DNA from: Bdellovibrio sp. | Lineage (GTDB): Bacteria; Bdellovibrionota; Bdellovibrionia; Bdellovibrionales; Bdellovibrionaceae | NCBI GenBank assembly: GCA_036677065.1 | Contig: JAKFBS010000001.1 | Location: forward strand, 448,001-512,000 | DNA: 64,000 bases | Reading direction: 5' to 3' | Shown: positions 29,181 through 39,033 of the stretch, in pieces | Layout of the letters: the number at the start of each line of letters is the position of its first letter | Numbering within the stretch: the stretch's first letter is position 1 | Position numbers and translations under genes: made by a program | The notes under the pieces: model-generated | What the model was told of the DNA's origin: nothing | What the model saw: only the letters and a program-made list of their open reading frames with translations | Database searches by the model: none

Positions 29181-31124
29181 ATGCTACATATAGACAACTT
29201 ATTATCAGAATCATACGCCGACAGAGAGTATTCCGATCAAGTTCAGTGGTTGGTTAATATTTTTACGTGGCTAAGATTGCCACGTGATGTTGAAAATCTA
29301 AAAATAGCCAGAGAACGTGTTTATTCGGTTCGAATTAAACATTTACTGCTTTTATTATCACGTAATCCGGAATGGCAAAGAAATTTTGTTTCAACTGTAA
29401 CTGCTATCATGCAGACGATGTCGTCGGTAAGCATATTCACTGATGTAGGGATGTCTTCGAACTTTAGTTTTATTCAGGATTTTATTCGCCGTCTTGAAGA
29501 AAAGATTCTTCCTCAAAGCGCATTGACTGAAAATCTATCAAGCTTACTTTTGGAAGTTTTTCCGGATGAAGATGAAAGTCTTCTTGTTGATGGAATCGAT
29601 GAAGAAGTTTTTGCAGCCCTCTTGGCCTTGTTTGAAAATGAAGGGCGTTTAGTTGGCCAGCTTCGAGATAATATTTTCTTATCTTTGCATGTTCTGACGA
29701 CCCAGTTGTTGTCGAATGCTTTTTCTGTGCAAAGAGAAATCGAAGGAGCTATCAAAGAAAGTAAAAGCTTACCTGAGGCCAAGCTGCAGGAGTTAGTAAC
29801 ACAGAATAAGGTTGCAACAGTGCAGTCCAATTTGCCAGAGATGTTTGCTTGCCTCGGCGCCAGCGAAAAGTTACAGGTGAACTACTACAATTTAATGCAG
29901 GATAAAGGTATTAAAGTTGATTGCGTTTATCTTCTTGAGTCTCAGAGACGCAGAATCGATAGGATCAGAATTTTATTGAACCTTCTCAACACCACACAGC
30001 CGGTGGCTAAGTCAGTGCGGTTATTTATTTCGACGCTGATTTTAGATATTCATCATCAAAAAAGTTTACGATCTTTTTTTTCAGAAAATATGAATCTTTT
30101 AACTCAAAGAATTGTCAGCCGCAATTCTGATGTAGGTGAACATTACGTCACGACAACGTGGAGTGAGTTCAGAAAAATGTACAATTCAGCCGTAGGTGGC
30201 GGGGCTGTTACGTCGGCGACTGTTTATTTAAAATTGGTTATTTCTTCGATTGGTGTTGCGGGATTTGCTAAAGGCTTACTAGATAGCCTGAATTATTCAT
30301 TCAGTTTTCTTTTTATTCAAAGTCTTGGATGTACGCTGGCGACAAAACAGCCGTCTGCAACGGCGCCTTACTTAGCGCAATCACTTAAGCAATCGGTGTT
30401 AGAATCGCGAAAGGCTGTCATTGCCATTCTGCGTACACAGTTTATTTCTGTTCTTGGAAATTTAACTTTGGTTTTTCCGATTTGCTTTTTTGTATCCTGG
30501 ATTTTTATGTATTTCGGAAGCCCGATCATGTCGGTTGCAGAGGGTATTGCCGCAGTAAGTTCTACAGATATTCTGGGGCCGTCTCCTCTTTTTGCGATTT
30601 TTACTGGTTTTCTTTTATTTATATCAAGTTTAATAGCCGGCTGGGTTGATAACTGGATGGCGATTCATAATGTTCCGGAAAGAGTAGCCAATCATCAGGG
30701 TATGCTTAGCTTTCTGGGAAAAGTCAGAACTAAAAAATTTTCGTTGGTTTTGAAAAATAGTGCAAATCCCTACGCAGCCAGTATCAGTCTTGGTTTTTTG
30801 CTGGGCTTAGCTCCGCAGTTTATTAAATTTATGGGTCTGCCATTAGAGGCCCGGCATATCACTTTATCGACAGGAAATTTCGCCGCGGGTCTTCCTGTGG
30901 TGTTAGATCAGCTCGATGGATTTGCGCTTGTAAATTCTTTATCTGGCTTGCTATTAATTGGCATCCTGAATATTGGTGTTAGTTTTGGATTGGCACTTAT
31001 GCTGGCGGCGATTTCGTCAAAAGTTAGAATCTCACTTTTGATTAATTTACTTAAGTGGGCGATAAAACTTATTATCATTAAGCCATGGCTGTTAATCGTT
31101 CCGGAAAAGCCTGATGGGCAGTAG
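29181..31124 (+). CDS. Gcr-like ('site-specific recombinase', SpecificRecomb family) polytopic membrane protein
   Basis: GEHYVT, AVGGG, TLATKQPSATA, RTQFISVLGN, AGWVDNW, LEARHITLSTG; many TM helices. Confidence 0.85.
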   Translation: MLHIDNLLSESYADREYSDQVQWLVNIFTWLRLPRDVENLKIARERVYSVRIKHLLLLLSRNPEWQRNFVSTVTAIMQTMSSVSIFTDVGMSSNFSFIQDFIRRLEEKILPQSALTENLSSLLLEVFPDEDESLLVDGIDEEVFAALLALFENEGRLVGQLRDNIFLSLHVLTTQLLSNAFSVQREIEGAIKESKSLPEAKLQELVTQNKVATVQSNLPEMFACLGASEKLQVNYYNLMQDKGIKVDCVYLLESQRRRIDRIRILLNLLNTTQPVAKSVRLFISTLILDIHHQKSLRSFFSENMNLLTQRIVSRNSDVGEHYVTTTWSEFRKMYNSAVGGGAVTSATVYLKLVISSIGVAGFAKGLLDSLNYSFSFLFIQSLGCTLATKQPSATAPYLAQSLKQSVLESRKAVIAILRTQFISVLGNLTLVFPICFFVSWIFMYFGSPIMSVAEGIAAVSSTDILGPSPLFAIFTGFLLFISSLIAGWVDNWMAIHNVPERVANHQGMLSFLGKVRTKKFSLVLKNSANPYAASISLGFLLGLAPQFIKFMGLPLEARHITLSTGNFAAGLPVVLDQLDGFALVNSLSGLLLIGILNIGVSFGLALMLAAISSKVRISLLINLLKWAIKLIIIKPWLLIVPEKPDGQ

Positions 31125-31129
31125 GATTG

Positions 31130-31645
31130 TTATTGTAGATACTCTTTGCCTTTTCCCTGAAGGGCTGAAATTTGGCCTGCGCTTTCATAATCATCGAGAT
31201 GATTAACAACAGCTTTAACTCCAGGAACACGCTTTACGCATCGAATGAGTTTATCGACTTCAGCTTTAAGAATTGGTCCACTTAAAGTGACTTCTCCATT
31301 ATTTACTTCTGTTTTAATAGCTTTAGCGTGGCGAATTGTTCTTCCAAACTCTGATCTGACCCGATTCATGAGCGTTTCATCATCAGCATCTTTGTTTTCT
31401 GTCAGGTGTGTGGCCTGAGCGATGATTCCTGTTCCTCGATTTTTTAAATCTCGATAGAGTTTTCCTCCAAAGTAATTAGCTTGATTCGCGAAGTGTATCC
31501 CCTTGTCGCGAATGAGGGATCTTCGATATTTTCCGCGAGCGGGATCTAAGAAATAGGCGCATACTCCGCCCATAGCAACTCCGGCTAGAATCCATGTCCA
31601 AGGTTTTACATCTGAAAATTTTAAATTTTGTTTTTCTTGTTTCAT
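31130..31645 (-). CDS. BON domain protein with YtxH-like N-terminus
   Basis: AYFLDPARGKYRR, DDETL..RVRS, V.NGEVTLSG, VPGVKAVVNHL. Confidence 0.9.
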   Translation of the reverse strand: MKQEKQNLKFSDVKPWTWILAGVAMGGVCAYFLDPARGKYRRSLIRDKGIHFANQANYFGGKLYRDLKNRGTGIIAQATHLTENKDADDETLMNRVRSEFGRTIRHAKAIKTEVNNGEVTLSGPILKAEVDKLIRCVKRVPGVKAVVNHLDDYESAGQISALQGKGKEYLQ

Positions 31646-31782
31646 TGTTTACTCTCACTTGATATTTCATCGGTATTTTGGGTGCGCTTACGAATTTCTT
31701 TTTGAACAAGTTTTTCTTTCTGGGCCTTAGTAGGATTTTCTGAATTAGCGTGTTTGGTAGAATGTCTTTTTTTCTCTTTCAT
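31642..31782 (-). CDS. Small basic protein (46 aa) missing from the ORF track
   Basis: MKEKKRHSTKHANSENPTKAQKEKLVQKEIRKRTQNTDEISSESKQ; AAGGA RBS; TGA overlaps the BON gene ATG (ATGA). Confidence 0.6.
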   Translation of the reverse strand: MKEKKRHSTKHANSENPTKAQKEKLVQKEIRKRTQNTDEISSESKQ

Positions 31783-31852
31783 ATTTTTCCTTAATGCCAA
31801 GATTTTTTGACGCTGCGATGTAAGTGTTACGAGCTATCATAAAAATTTATGA

Positions 31853-31868
31853 AGCAGATGGCATGCCA
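31853..31868 (-). promoter_or_regulatory. Putative sigma-54 promoter for the small ORF and BON gene
   Basis: Minus strand TGGCATGCCATCTGCT, GG-N10-GC. Confidence 0.6.
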
Positions 31869-31885
31869 ATATTAAATTTTGTTCG

Positions 31886-31901
31886 TGGTTTTAAAATTGC
31901 A
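31886..31901 (+). promoter_or_regulatory. Putative sigma-54 promoter for the four-helix Cys-rich gene
   Basis: TGGTTTTAAAATTGCA, GG-N10-GC. Confidence 0.5.
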
Positions 31902-31944
31902 TAACCTTGCATTTTAGTTTTTTAAAATTATTTAGGAGGTTTTT

Positions 31945-32340
31945 ATGAAGGCTCAATCAAACTTTGAGGTTCTAACGAAAAATTTTGCGAAAACGTTTGG
32001 TGGATTCAGTGAAGAAATTCAATCTTGCATTGATATTTGCCTTCTGTGTCACAAAACATGCGAGGAAATTATTCCCTACTGTCTTGAAAAAGGCGGGACA
32101 CACGCGGAGCGCAAACATATCGAATTGCTTTTGACCTGTTCCGATATATGTCGCACCTCTGCACATTCTATGATGTGGCATTCAGAATTTAAGGAAAAGG
32201 TGTGTGAGCTTTGTTCTGATATTTGCGCAAAATGCGCTGAAGATTGTGAAAGGATGAGCGCAGATCAAACCATGCGACTTTGTGCAGAAATATGTCGCGA
32301 GTGCGAACAAAGCTGCAGAAAAATGGCAGCTAAACATTAG
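31945..32340 (+). CDS. Cys-rich four-helix bundle copper storage protein (Csp3/DUF326-like)
   Basis: 16 Cys in CxxxC/CxxC repeats; AGGAGG RBS; no signal peptide. Confidence 0.9.
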   Translation: MKAQSNFEVLTKNFAKTFGGFSEEIQSCIDICLLCHKTCEEIIPYCLEKGGTHAERKHIELLLTCSDICRTSAHSMMWHSEFKEKVCELCSDICAKCAEDCERMSADQTMRLCAEICRECEQSCRKMAAKH

Positions 32341-32353
32341 CCGAATGCTTAAT

Positions 32354-33055
32354 TTACGAGTTTATTTTTCGGTCAGCAAAGTTCGTTAAAATATCAGAGT
32401 ATTTATTTAATTCTAGAATTTCATCGTGGCTTCCGCCAAGATCTGGATGAAAAATTCTGGCTAATTTTTTCTTTGCCGTACCGATGACTTCTGAATTTAA
32501 ACCGTCTCTAAGCTCAAAGCCGTTTTGTGAGAAATATTGCAAAGCTTTTTCAACTTCACGTGGAAACTCAACTTCTTTAGGTTGTTCGCTTTTAAGTTTT
32601 TTATACTGATTTAGGCGCAGCTTTTGTTTTTGGTATTGTATTTTACGGTAAAGAGTTTGTTTTTCTTTGTAGGCTTCTTGGGCGGCTTCGCGGGCCTGTG
32701 ATTGGGGCGTTGGCTTAGCTTTTTCTGCAGTTTTAGCAATAGCTTCGATTTTTTGAATTTCTGTTTTAGCGTCAAAAAAATCTGGATTTTTTAATTCTGT
32801 GGCTAAGAGCGCGGCCCAGATGTGCTTACAGTATAAACCTTTTTTACCAGCCGGGCAGTTGCAATCAACCACCAGCGTATTACTAGATACAGATTTTGTT
32901 TTTAAAACGACTTTTAACGGCGATGATACGCGAATAAAGACGATGACTTCAGTATCAGAGGGTTGGGCTACTGAAGTTTTACCTTGGCTAAATAGCGTGC
33001 GGCCGCTTGAGCGGACTTCGGGTTTAAAAAAATGCTCCCAAATTTGAACTGCCAT
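32354..33055 (-). CDS. SWIM zinc-finger protein with a C-terminal J-domain-like segment
   Basis: CNCP......CKHIWA; AKKKLARIFHPDLGGS. Confidence 0.8.
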   Translation of the reverse strand: MAVQIWEHFFKPEVRSSGRTLFSQGKTSVAQPSDTEVIVFIRVSSPLKVVLKTKSVSSNTLVVDCNCPAGKKGLYCKHIWAALLATELKNPDFFDAKTEIQKIEAIAKTAEKAKPTPQSQAREAAQEAYKEKQTLYRKIQYQKQKLRLNQYKKLKSEQPKEVEFPREVEKALQYFSQNGFELRDGLNSEVIGTAKKKLARIFHPDLGGSHDEILELNKYSDILTNFADRKINS

Positions 33056-33243
33056 GCCTAGACCTCTTAAGCAAAGATACAAAAAATTAGGCTTAAGAAC
33101 AAGCGGCGAATTTCGACCTTTTCATTCGAGAAAGTCTCATAATGATACTTAAACCCGCGATGTGGCGAAAACTCCATCAAGAGTCTTAACAATGTTATGA
33201 TATCTGCATCATGATATGTGACATTAATACCGTATAGTAAGGT

Positions 33244-33873
33244 GTGCTCGTTAACTATCGTATAGCAATTTGGCGTTCGTTTTTTATCGCACTGATGCTG
33301 TGGTGTAACGATAGTTTTGCCAGACCACCTCAATTTTCAAATCCTATGGTGCATAGATTTAATTACGGTTTTGTAGGTTTATTTGGGCAAGGTCAAATGG
33401 GAAATGCTAAGGCAAATTCACCGTATAGAAATATGGATTTTACAACCTATCAAGCCTTTCTGGGGTTTAGAATTTCTAATTATAGATTTTCAGCTGCAGC
33501 TGAATACTCTTATGTAGCCCAGAAAACTAATGTAGAGGCTGTAGCCAATACGAATTTAACAGGACAAAGCTTCTCTTATGGTCCAAAAATCGAATACTAT
33601 GATGGTAAAGAAAGTATTGGTTTTATCTACCGTCTAAACAGTAACTTCAACTTGAACAAATTAGACGCGAATAATAATAAACAGTATTACGCTTCAAAAA
33701 CAGGAATGAATATCCAATACACCCGTCGTCTAAAAAATAATTTAGGAATTGTCATAGATTATGCTCGGGAAGAATACGGCAAAAGTTTACCCGATAAAAT
33801 TAAATGGGACCGGATAAGTATTGGTTTTATTTTTTCTAACTTTGATAAATATCCGTTTCCATTACCTAATTGA
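33244..33873 (+). CDS. Exported beta-strand-rich protein (putative outer-membrane beta-barrel), paralog of 63032-63622
   Basis: Signal peptide ending SFA; alternating aromatic strands; shared FGxGQMGN, TNLTG and IEY(Y/F)xGK blocks. Confidence 0.65.
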   Translation: MLVNYRIAIWRSFFIALMLWCNDSFARPPQFSNPMVHRFNYGFVGLFGQGQMGNAKANSPYRNMDFTTYQAFLGFRISNYRFSAAAEYSYVAQKTNVEAVANTNLTGQSFSYGPKIEYYDGKESIGFIYRLNSNFNLNKLDANNNKQYYASKTGMNIQYTRRLKNNLGIVIDYAREEYGKSLPDKIKWDRISIGFIFSNFDKYPFPLPN

Positions 33874-34714
33874 AGTCTTCGCTGATATTGAACTTCAGAC
33901 GTTCAGTATTGCAGTGAAACTCAATTTCACACGAGCGCAATGCGATCGCGTTTGTTTGAAAAGGTGATTTTGCGCCATACAGGGAGTCTCCCAGTATGGG
34001 CGCCTGCATATGTGATAGCTGCGATCTAATCTGGTGGGTGCGGCCAGTGAGTAAATTAATTTTGACCCAACTTAGATTTAGCGAAATTTCTTTTTGTTCT
34101 AGAATTTCTAATTCACAAATCGCCCAGCCTTCAATCGCTGTGGCTGATAACTTTTTAGGGCTTCCGGGGACTGGATTCATATAATGGGTTAGTCGTGCGG
34201 CAAGTTTATTAGAGCTTTCGATTAAGGCCACGTATTTCTTGCGAATGGTTCGTTCTTGCAGTTGGATATTAAAACTTTTTGTAAACGATTGTTTTTTTGC
34301 ATAGACGATTAAGCCCGAAGTTAAAGTATCAAGGCGATGGGTTACAAAAAGAGGAATTTTACGGGCAAGGCTTGTTTGGGTCAGCGAATTCTCAAGGGCG
34401 TTATCGCTTGTCGGGTGACTGGGGATACCTGAGGGTTTATTTAAGACTAAGCAAAAGTCATTTTCAAAAACGATTAAAGACTTCCACGGGTAACTGCAAT
34501 TGTATCTGCGCGGTTTCAAATGCACCCGCAGAATAGAATTTTGAAAAATAAAGCCATCTTTGATTTGTCGTTCATTGTTCACATAGATTGCACCGAGATC
34601 GATTAACATTTTAAAATCTGCCGAATTTACCGAGTATTCGTCGTAAAGGATTTCGCTTATTAAATTTGGTTCCTGAATATTAAAATGTCTAACACCGTCA
34701 TCTGAACTGGTCAT
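33866..34714 (-). CDS. RluA-family pseudouridine synthase
   Basis: NKPSG, HRLDTLTSGL, TGRTHQIR, PILGDSLYG. Confidence 0.95.
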   Translation of the reverse strand: MTSSDDGVRHFNIQEPNLISEILYDEYSVNSADFKMLIDLGAIYVNNERQIKDGFIFQNSILRVHLKPRRYNCSYPWKSLIVFENDFCLVLNKPSGIPSHPTSDNALENSLTQTSLARKIPLFVTHRLDTLTSGLIVYAKKQSFTKSFNIQLQERTIRKKYVALIESSNKLAARLTHYMNPVPGSPKKLSATAIEGWAICELEILEQKEISLNLSWVKINLLTGRTHQIRSQLSHMQAPILGDSLYGAKSPFQTNAIALRSCEIEFHCNTERLKFNISEDFN

Positions 34715-34768
34715 TTATTGATTGTAGCTTTTTAGCAGCTTTAGAGTCATTCTAAAAAAAGGGTAGTT

Positions 34769-35236
34769 ATGATGAAGAAAATTTATATTTTATTAGTGGT
34801 GGTATTAATTATTATAGGAATAAGCTTTTTTCTTATGAAACCGAAAACAGTTTCTGCAGTGCAAGCAATTGTTCCTGCCGGAATATCTGCAGTTGAAGCT
34901 AAACATATAGTTACAAATCTGAATTGGAATATTGCTCTTTCTGGCTGGAGTCGCTGGCTTGATGTAAGCGATTGCACCGAAATCGAATGCTCGATTAAAA
35001 TAATTTTTTCTTCAGAACAGATTTGTCCTGAAAGTGCAGCTGATGATGAATGGTGTGACGAGACTCAACTTAGCGGTAAAATACAATTTATCGCACATGG
35101 ATTTAATTTTGTTGAAGATAAGAAATCAGATTCTGTATTTTGTGCGTTAAAATCTACTGATGTTGCCGATTCTTGGAAGATAGAGGGCGTAAATTGCCCT
35201 TCAGACTTTAAAGAACTTCAAGGTTATAAAAAATAA
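34769..35236 (+). CDS. Hypothetical membrane-anchored Cys-containing protein
   Basis: N-terminal TM/signal segment, six Cys. Confidence 0.65.
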   Translation: MMKKIYILLVVVLIIIGISFFLMKPKTVSAVQAIVPAGISAVEAKHIVTNLNWNIALSGWSRWLDVSDCTEIECSIKIIFSSEQICPESAADDEWCDETQLSGKIQFIAHGFNFVEDKKSDSVFCALKSTDVADSWKIEGVNCPSDFKELQGYKK

Positions 35237-35248
35237 TTTCTCTTATAT

Positions 35249-35632
35249 TTAATTTTTAAAAATGCTTTTATCGTAATAATACTGTGGCTCGATATAAATA
35301 TCGACGTAACATTCTTTAGAATACTGGACGCCGATTTCTTTATTATGAATTGTATCTTCGGGTTCTGGGTTGAACAGAACCATTTCAGATTCAAATTCAG
35401 GATTTGTGCAGTTTGGATCTAAAAAGGTAAAAAGCATAACCGGCACATTGCCAAGATCAGTCACTTCTTTGAAATAAAGCGGGCTATCAGTTTTTAATGT
35501 CAGATTTTCATCAAACGGAATATCATAAGCTACTGAATATTTTGTTTCAGGTTCTAATTCATCCCATGTAAGTACATCGGCCAAAACTGTCGTAGAAAAG
35601 ACAAAAATAAAAAGCAGTATAATTTTATTCAT
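35249..35632 (-). CDS. Hypothetical acidic secreted protein
   Basis: Signal peptide MNKIILLFIFVFSTTVLA. Confidence 0.7.
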   Translation of the reverse strand: MNKIILLFIFVFSTTVLADVLTWDELEPETKYSVAYDIPFDENLTLKTDSPLYFKEVTDLGNVPVMLFTFLDPNCTNPEFESEMVLFNPEPEDTIHNKEIGVQYSKECYVDIYIEPQYYYDKSIFKN

Positions 35633-35687
35633 ACAATGATCATAACCAAAGCTTAAATCTACATACAAGAATTTCTTTAGTGGCCTT

Positions 35688-35703
35688 TGGACTTAGTCTT
35701 GCT
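35688..35703 (+). promoter_or_regulatory. Putative sigma-54 promoter
   Basis: TGGACTTAGTCTTGCT, GG-N10-GC. Confidence 0.55.
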
Positions 35704-35734
35704 GTAAGCTGATAAAATTATTGAAGAGGTGTTT

Positions 35735-36310
35735 ATGAAATTAAAATACGTTATGGCGGCTTTAATCTCTGTTCTACTTATAGCGTCATGCCAAACGCCC
35801 CAAAACAGCGACAGTGTTGTGAATGCCAAGATTGATTCAGCAAATACGGCGCTTGAAAAAATTAGCCCTGCAAATACTAATTTTTTGATTTTAATGATTG
35901 ATGCGCGATTGATGAATCTTGCCACTGCTGAGCTTGCAGAAAAAAAGGGAACAACTAAGGCCATCAAAGATTACGGCCGTCAAATGCTGATGGACCAAGA
36001 AATTCTTATAGAAGAAATTCGAAGTTTAGCTCAGATGAATAGTGTGGCGCTACCGAACGAAATTAGTGATGAAAAAAAAGCTCAACTGAGTGAGCTGACT
36101 AAGTTAACAGGAAGCAAATTCGATAAACGATTTCTGACGTTAAGCGCGCAAGATCATGAACGCGATATTAAAAACTTTCGTGAAGTAAAAGCTAGTGCGG
36201 GTTATGCGAACGATCCTGCCCTGGAAATTTATGCAAAAACACGGCTGCCAATGATCGAAGGGCATTTATCGCAAGTTCATAGATTGTTAAAAAAACGCAA
36301 TTATAGATAA
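35735..36310 (+). CDS. DUF4142 (ferritin-like) lipoprotein
   Basis: Lipobox IASC; AELAEKKG....KDYGRQM..D, G..FDKRFL....DH, LPMIEGHL. Confidence 0.85.
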   Translation: MKLKYVMAALISVLLIASCQTPQNSDSVVNAKIDSANTALEKISPANTNFLILMIDARLMNLATAELAEKKGTTKAIKDYGRQMLMDQEILIEEIRSLAQMNSVALPNEISDEKKAQLSELTKLTGSKFDKRFLTLSAQDHERDIKNFREVKASAGYANDPALEIYAKTRLPMIEGHLSQVHRLLKKRNYR

Positions 36311-36366
36311 ACCTATCCGTATTTAAATTTTTGCGCTATATTTTTATTCAAATTGATGAGGACTTT

Positions 36367-38010
36367 ATGAAAATCGTGTTTTCAATTGTATTAGCGGCTT
36401 TAATTATATTTTCTTTTATATTCGCAGAAGCGGCAGACACGGCATGGAAAATTAAAAAAACCACCTGGTCTGAAACAGATGAAAAATTATATTCAGAATT
36501 TGTTAATTTGATCGGCCAAGCGGTTGAAAAAAATGAATGTAAATCCTTTCAAGAATGCATTCAGCATCCGAATAATCCTTATCGCGGCAGTGACTCAGAG
36601 CAATTAGATATTCACGTCGACTGTGCGCGCTTATCTTACGCCTTACGTGCCTACTTCGCCTGGAAGAACGGTTTGCCTTTTTCGCACGTAAGCCAAGTTG
36701 TGCCGCGGGTTCCTTCTGACAATGATGGTGATAATTTGCGGTATACGAAAAATGGAAACGTTGTATATAGGCGTTTAAGTGTACTGGCTTCAAAAAATAA
36801 ATTGCCTGATGGGCCTAGCTATATCACGCAAACTTTAATGAAATCTGTTTACACGGCGGTGTTTCGCATCGAAGATGAAATTGAAAATCGCCCAGGCTAT
36901 GAATCTGATTATTACCCTTCTGATATTTCGCGTGGTGCAATTCGCCCAGGCACTGCAATTTATGATCCTGCAGGGCATGTGGCTATTGTTTATAAAGTTA
37001 CTGATGACGGTAAAATCTATTTTATCGATGCCCATCCTGATAACTCGTTAACATCAAGCATGTACGGAACAAAATACGTACGCAGCCGTCCGGCACAAGG
37101 CGCAGGATTTAAAAATTTCAGAAAGCAAGAACTTGTCGGTGCCAGCTTCGATACAGCCTTAGGATCTTATGTCGGTGGTAAAATTACAGTTAGTCCGGTC
37201 AGTGCCCACAAAGAATTTAGCATCGTGCAAAAGTACGGCACCGATAATACGCCTATTCCTAACTGGAAAGAAGGTCCGTTTATTTTAGCGGGCGTGAAAA
37301 TGGATTATTATGATTATTTACGGGCGAAAATGTCTAAAGGGGTGCTGCGTATTAATCCGGTTGAAGAAGTTAAAGCCATTACCCTAGATCTTTGTGCGTC
37401 TGCTTTAGATCGCGTTGATTCGGTGCAAGTCGCGGTCTCTGAAAGAATTCATTTAAAAGAGCATCCAGCAAGATTGCCTAATAATATTTATGGCACCAGC
37501 GGTGAATGGGAAACTTATTCGACACCATCACGTGATGCGCGTATTAAAATTTCGTTTAAAGAATTACGTGATAAAGTTGAAAGGATTTTTATCGCCTATC
37601 AAAAAGGCGATCCGCAAATTGATTATAGTGGCGCTGATATCAAAGCGGATATGTTAAAATCTTATTTACAAAATGCTCAAGGGTGCAAAATCAAATACAG
37701 CAAATCAAATGGCATAGCTGTCGAACTAAGTTTAGAAACTATTCGCCAAAGATTATTTGCTTTAAGTTTTGATCCCTATCATTGTCCAGAATTACGTTGG
37801 GGCGCAAATACCGAACAAGAATATGCTGGCTGTAAAGACGGATCAACCAAACGCGAATGGTATAAGCGTGAAGTGTGGTTAAGAAACCAACTTGAACGAA
37901 CATATGATGTACAAATGGGTTTTACTTTAGACGAGCTGACGGGGCCAAAACCTGGCGCTGGCGTAGCTAATCCTCCAGACATAGATATCGTAAAATACCT
38001 TTCGAATTAA
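36367..38010 (+). CDS. Secreted hypothetical protein with a papain/NlpC-like Cys-His-Asp pattern
   Basis: Signal peptide; DCARLSYALRAYFAWKNGLPF, GHVAIV, IDAHPD. Confidence 0.65.
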   Translation: MKIVFSIVLAALIIFSFIFAEAADTAWKIKKTTWSETDEKLYSEFVNLIGQAVEKNECKSFQECIQHPNNPYRGSDSEQLDIHVDCARLSYALRAYFAWKNGLPFSHVSQVVPRVPSDNDGDNLRYTKNGNVVYRRLSVLASKNKLPDGPSYITQTLMKSVYTAVFRIEDEIENRPGYESDYYPSDISRGAIRPGTAIYDPAGHVAIVYKVTDDGKIYFIDAHPDNSLTSSMYGTKYVRSRPAQGAGFKNFRKQELVGASFDTALGSYVGGKITVSPVSAHKEFSIVQKYGTDNTPIPNWKEGPFILAGVKMDYYDYLRAKMSKGVLRINPVEEVKAITLDLCASALDRVDSVQVAVSERIHLKEHPARLPNNIYGTSGEWETYSTPSRDARIKISFKELRDKVERIFIAYQKGDPQIDYSGADIKADMLKSYLQNAQGCKIKYSKSNGIAVELSLETIRQRLFALSFDPYHCPELRWGANTEQEYAGCKDGSTKREWYKREVWLRNQLERTYDVQMGFTLDELTGPKPGAGVANPPDIDIVKYLSN

Positions 38011-38083
38011 GACCATAGTCTTATTTATTCGCTGTCTAAGGGGCTTTTGTATTATCTGAATCGTCGTTTGTTATGATAGTTCA

Positions 38084-38812
38084 ATGAACTTAGACGACTA
38101 CCGACGAAAAAAAGATGAACTTTTGGCCGAAGCCCCTAAATACAGAAATCTTTGCACCAAGTGCATTCAGCCTGATTTCGGTTGTTACTGTAAAAATATT
38201 CAGCCGATCGATTGTGCGATCAACTTTGTTATTCTAATTCACCCAATTGAAGCTAAGCGCAGAATTGCTACCGGCAGAATGTCGCATCTTTGTCTTAAAG
38301 GATCACATCTGATCAAAGGGCAAAATTATTCTAACAATGAGCAAATTAATTCGCTGATTGCTGATCCCGAGTATCATTCAGTTATTTTATATCCGGGACA
38401 ACAATCAACAAACCTATCGTTAATGTCAGCCACTGAACGCCAAGAGCAGTTTTTAGCGAATAAAAAATTACGCATATTTGTCATTGATGGAACATGGGCC
38501 ACTGCGGGACGTATGGTGCATCAAAGTGAAAACTTAAAACAGCTTCCGCGAATTAGTTTTGTTCCAACCAGCCCTTCAAATTTTAGAGTGCGAAAACAAC
38601 CTGAATCTTATTGTTATTCAACAATCGAAGCGATTCACCACACAATTGATTTATTTGCGAACTCGCAAAATACAAAACCGCATGACCATCTGTTAGAGGT
38701 TTTTAACAGTATGGTTGAAAAACAGCTGAGTTTTATCAGTGAAGTGAAATTGAATTTACGTGAGGCCAGCTATCGCCGAGAAGGCCAATTAGCCCGCGTG
38801 AAAGTAAGCTAA
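38084..38812 (+). CDS. DTW-domain tRNA-uridine aminocarboxypropyltransferase (TapT/YfiP-like)
   Basis: CxxC....CYC, IHPIE, TGR, LYP, IDGTW, STIEA. Confidence 0.92.
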   Translation: MNLDDYRRKKDELLAEAPKYRNLCTKCIQPDFGCYCKNIQPIDCAINFVILIHPIEAKRRIATGRMSHLCLKGSHLIKGQNYSNNEQINSLIADPEYHSVILYPGQQSTNLSLMSATERQEQFLANKKLRIFVIDGTWATAGRMVHQSENLKQLPRISFVPTSPSNFRVRKQPESYCYSTIEAIHHTIDLFANSQNTKPHDHLLEVFNSMVEKQLSFISEVKLNLREASYRREGQLARVKVS

Positions 38813-39033
38813 CAATGTCTTATTTTAGGCTATAGATTTATTTAAAAGTCTGTGTTATCCTTGATCCATGAGCAATTAATCTCAAAGAAGATGAATATCT
38901 TCTTTATCTGCATTTTATTTCGTTAAAAAATCATTAAATTTTATTTCTATTTATTATTGGGAGTCTGCCATGAGCACAAACCTCTGCATCCGTTCAATTC
39001 GTTTGATCAATCCTCTTTATTGCAGCAGGTTTT

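Noticed and set aside
29181..31124. Mobile element or integrase next to the tRNA
   Set aside because: The Gcr-like family name is misleading; the protein is a membrane protein with no recombinase motifs, and no phage or IS genes are nearby
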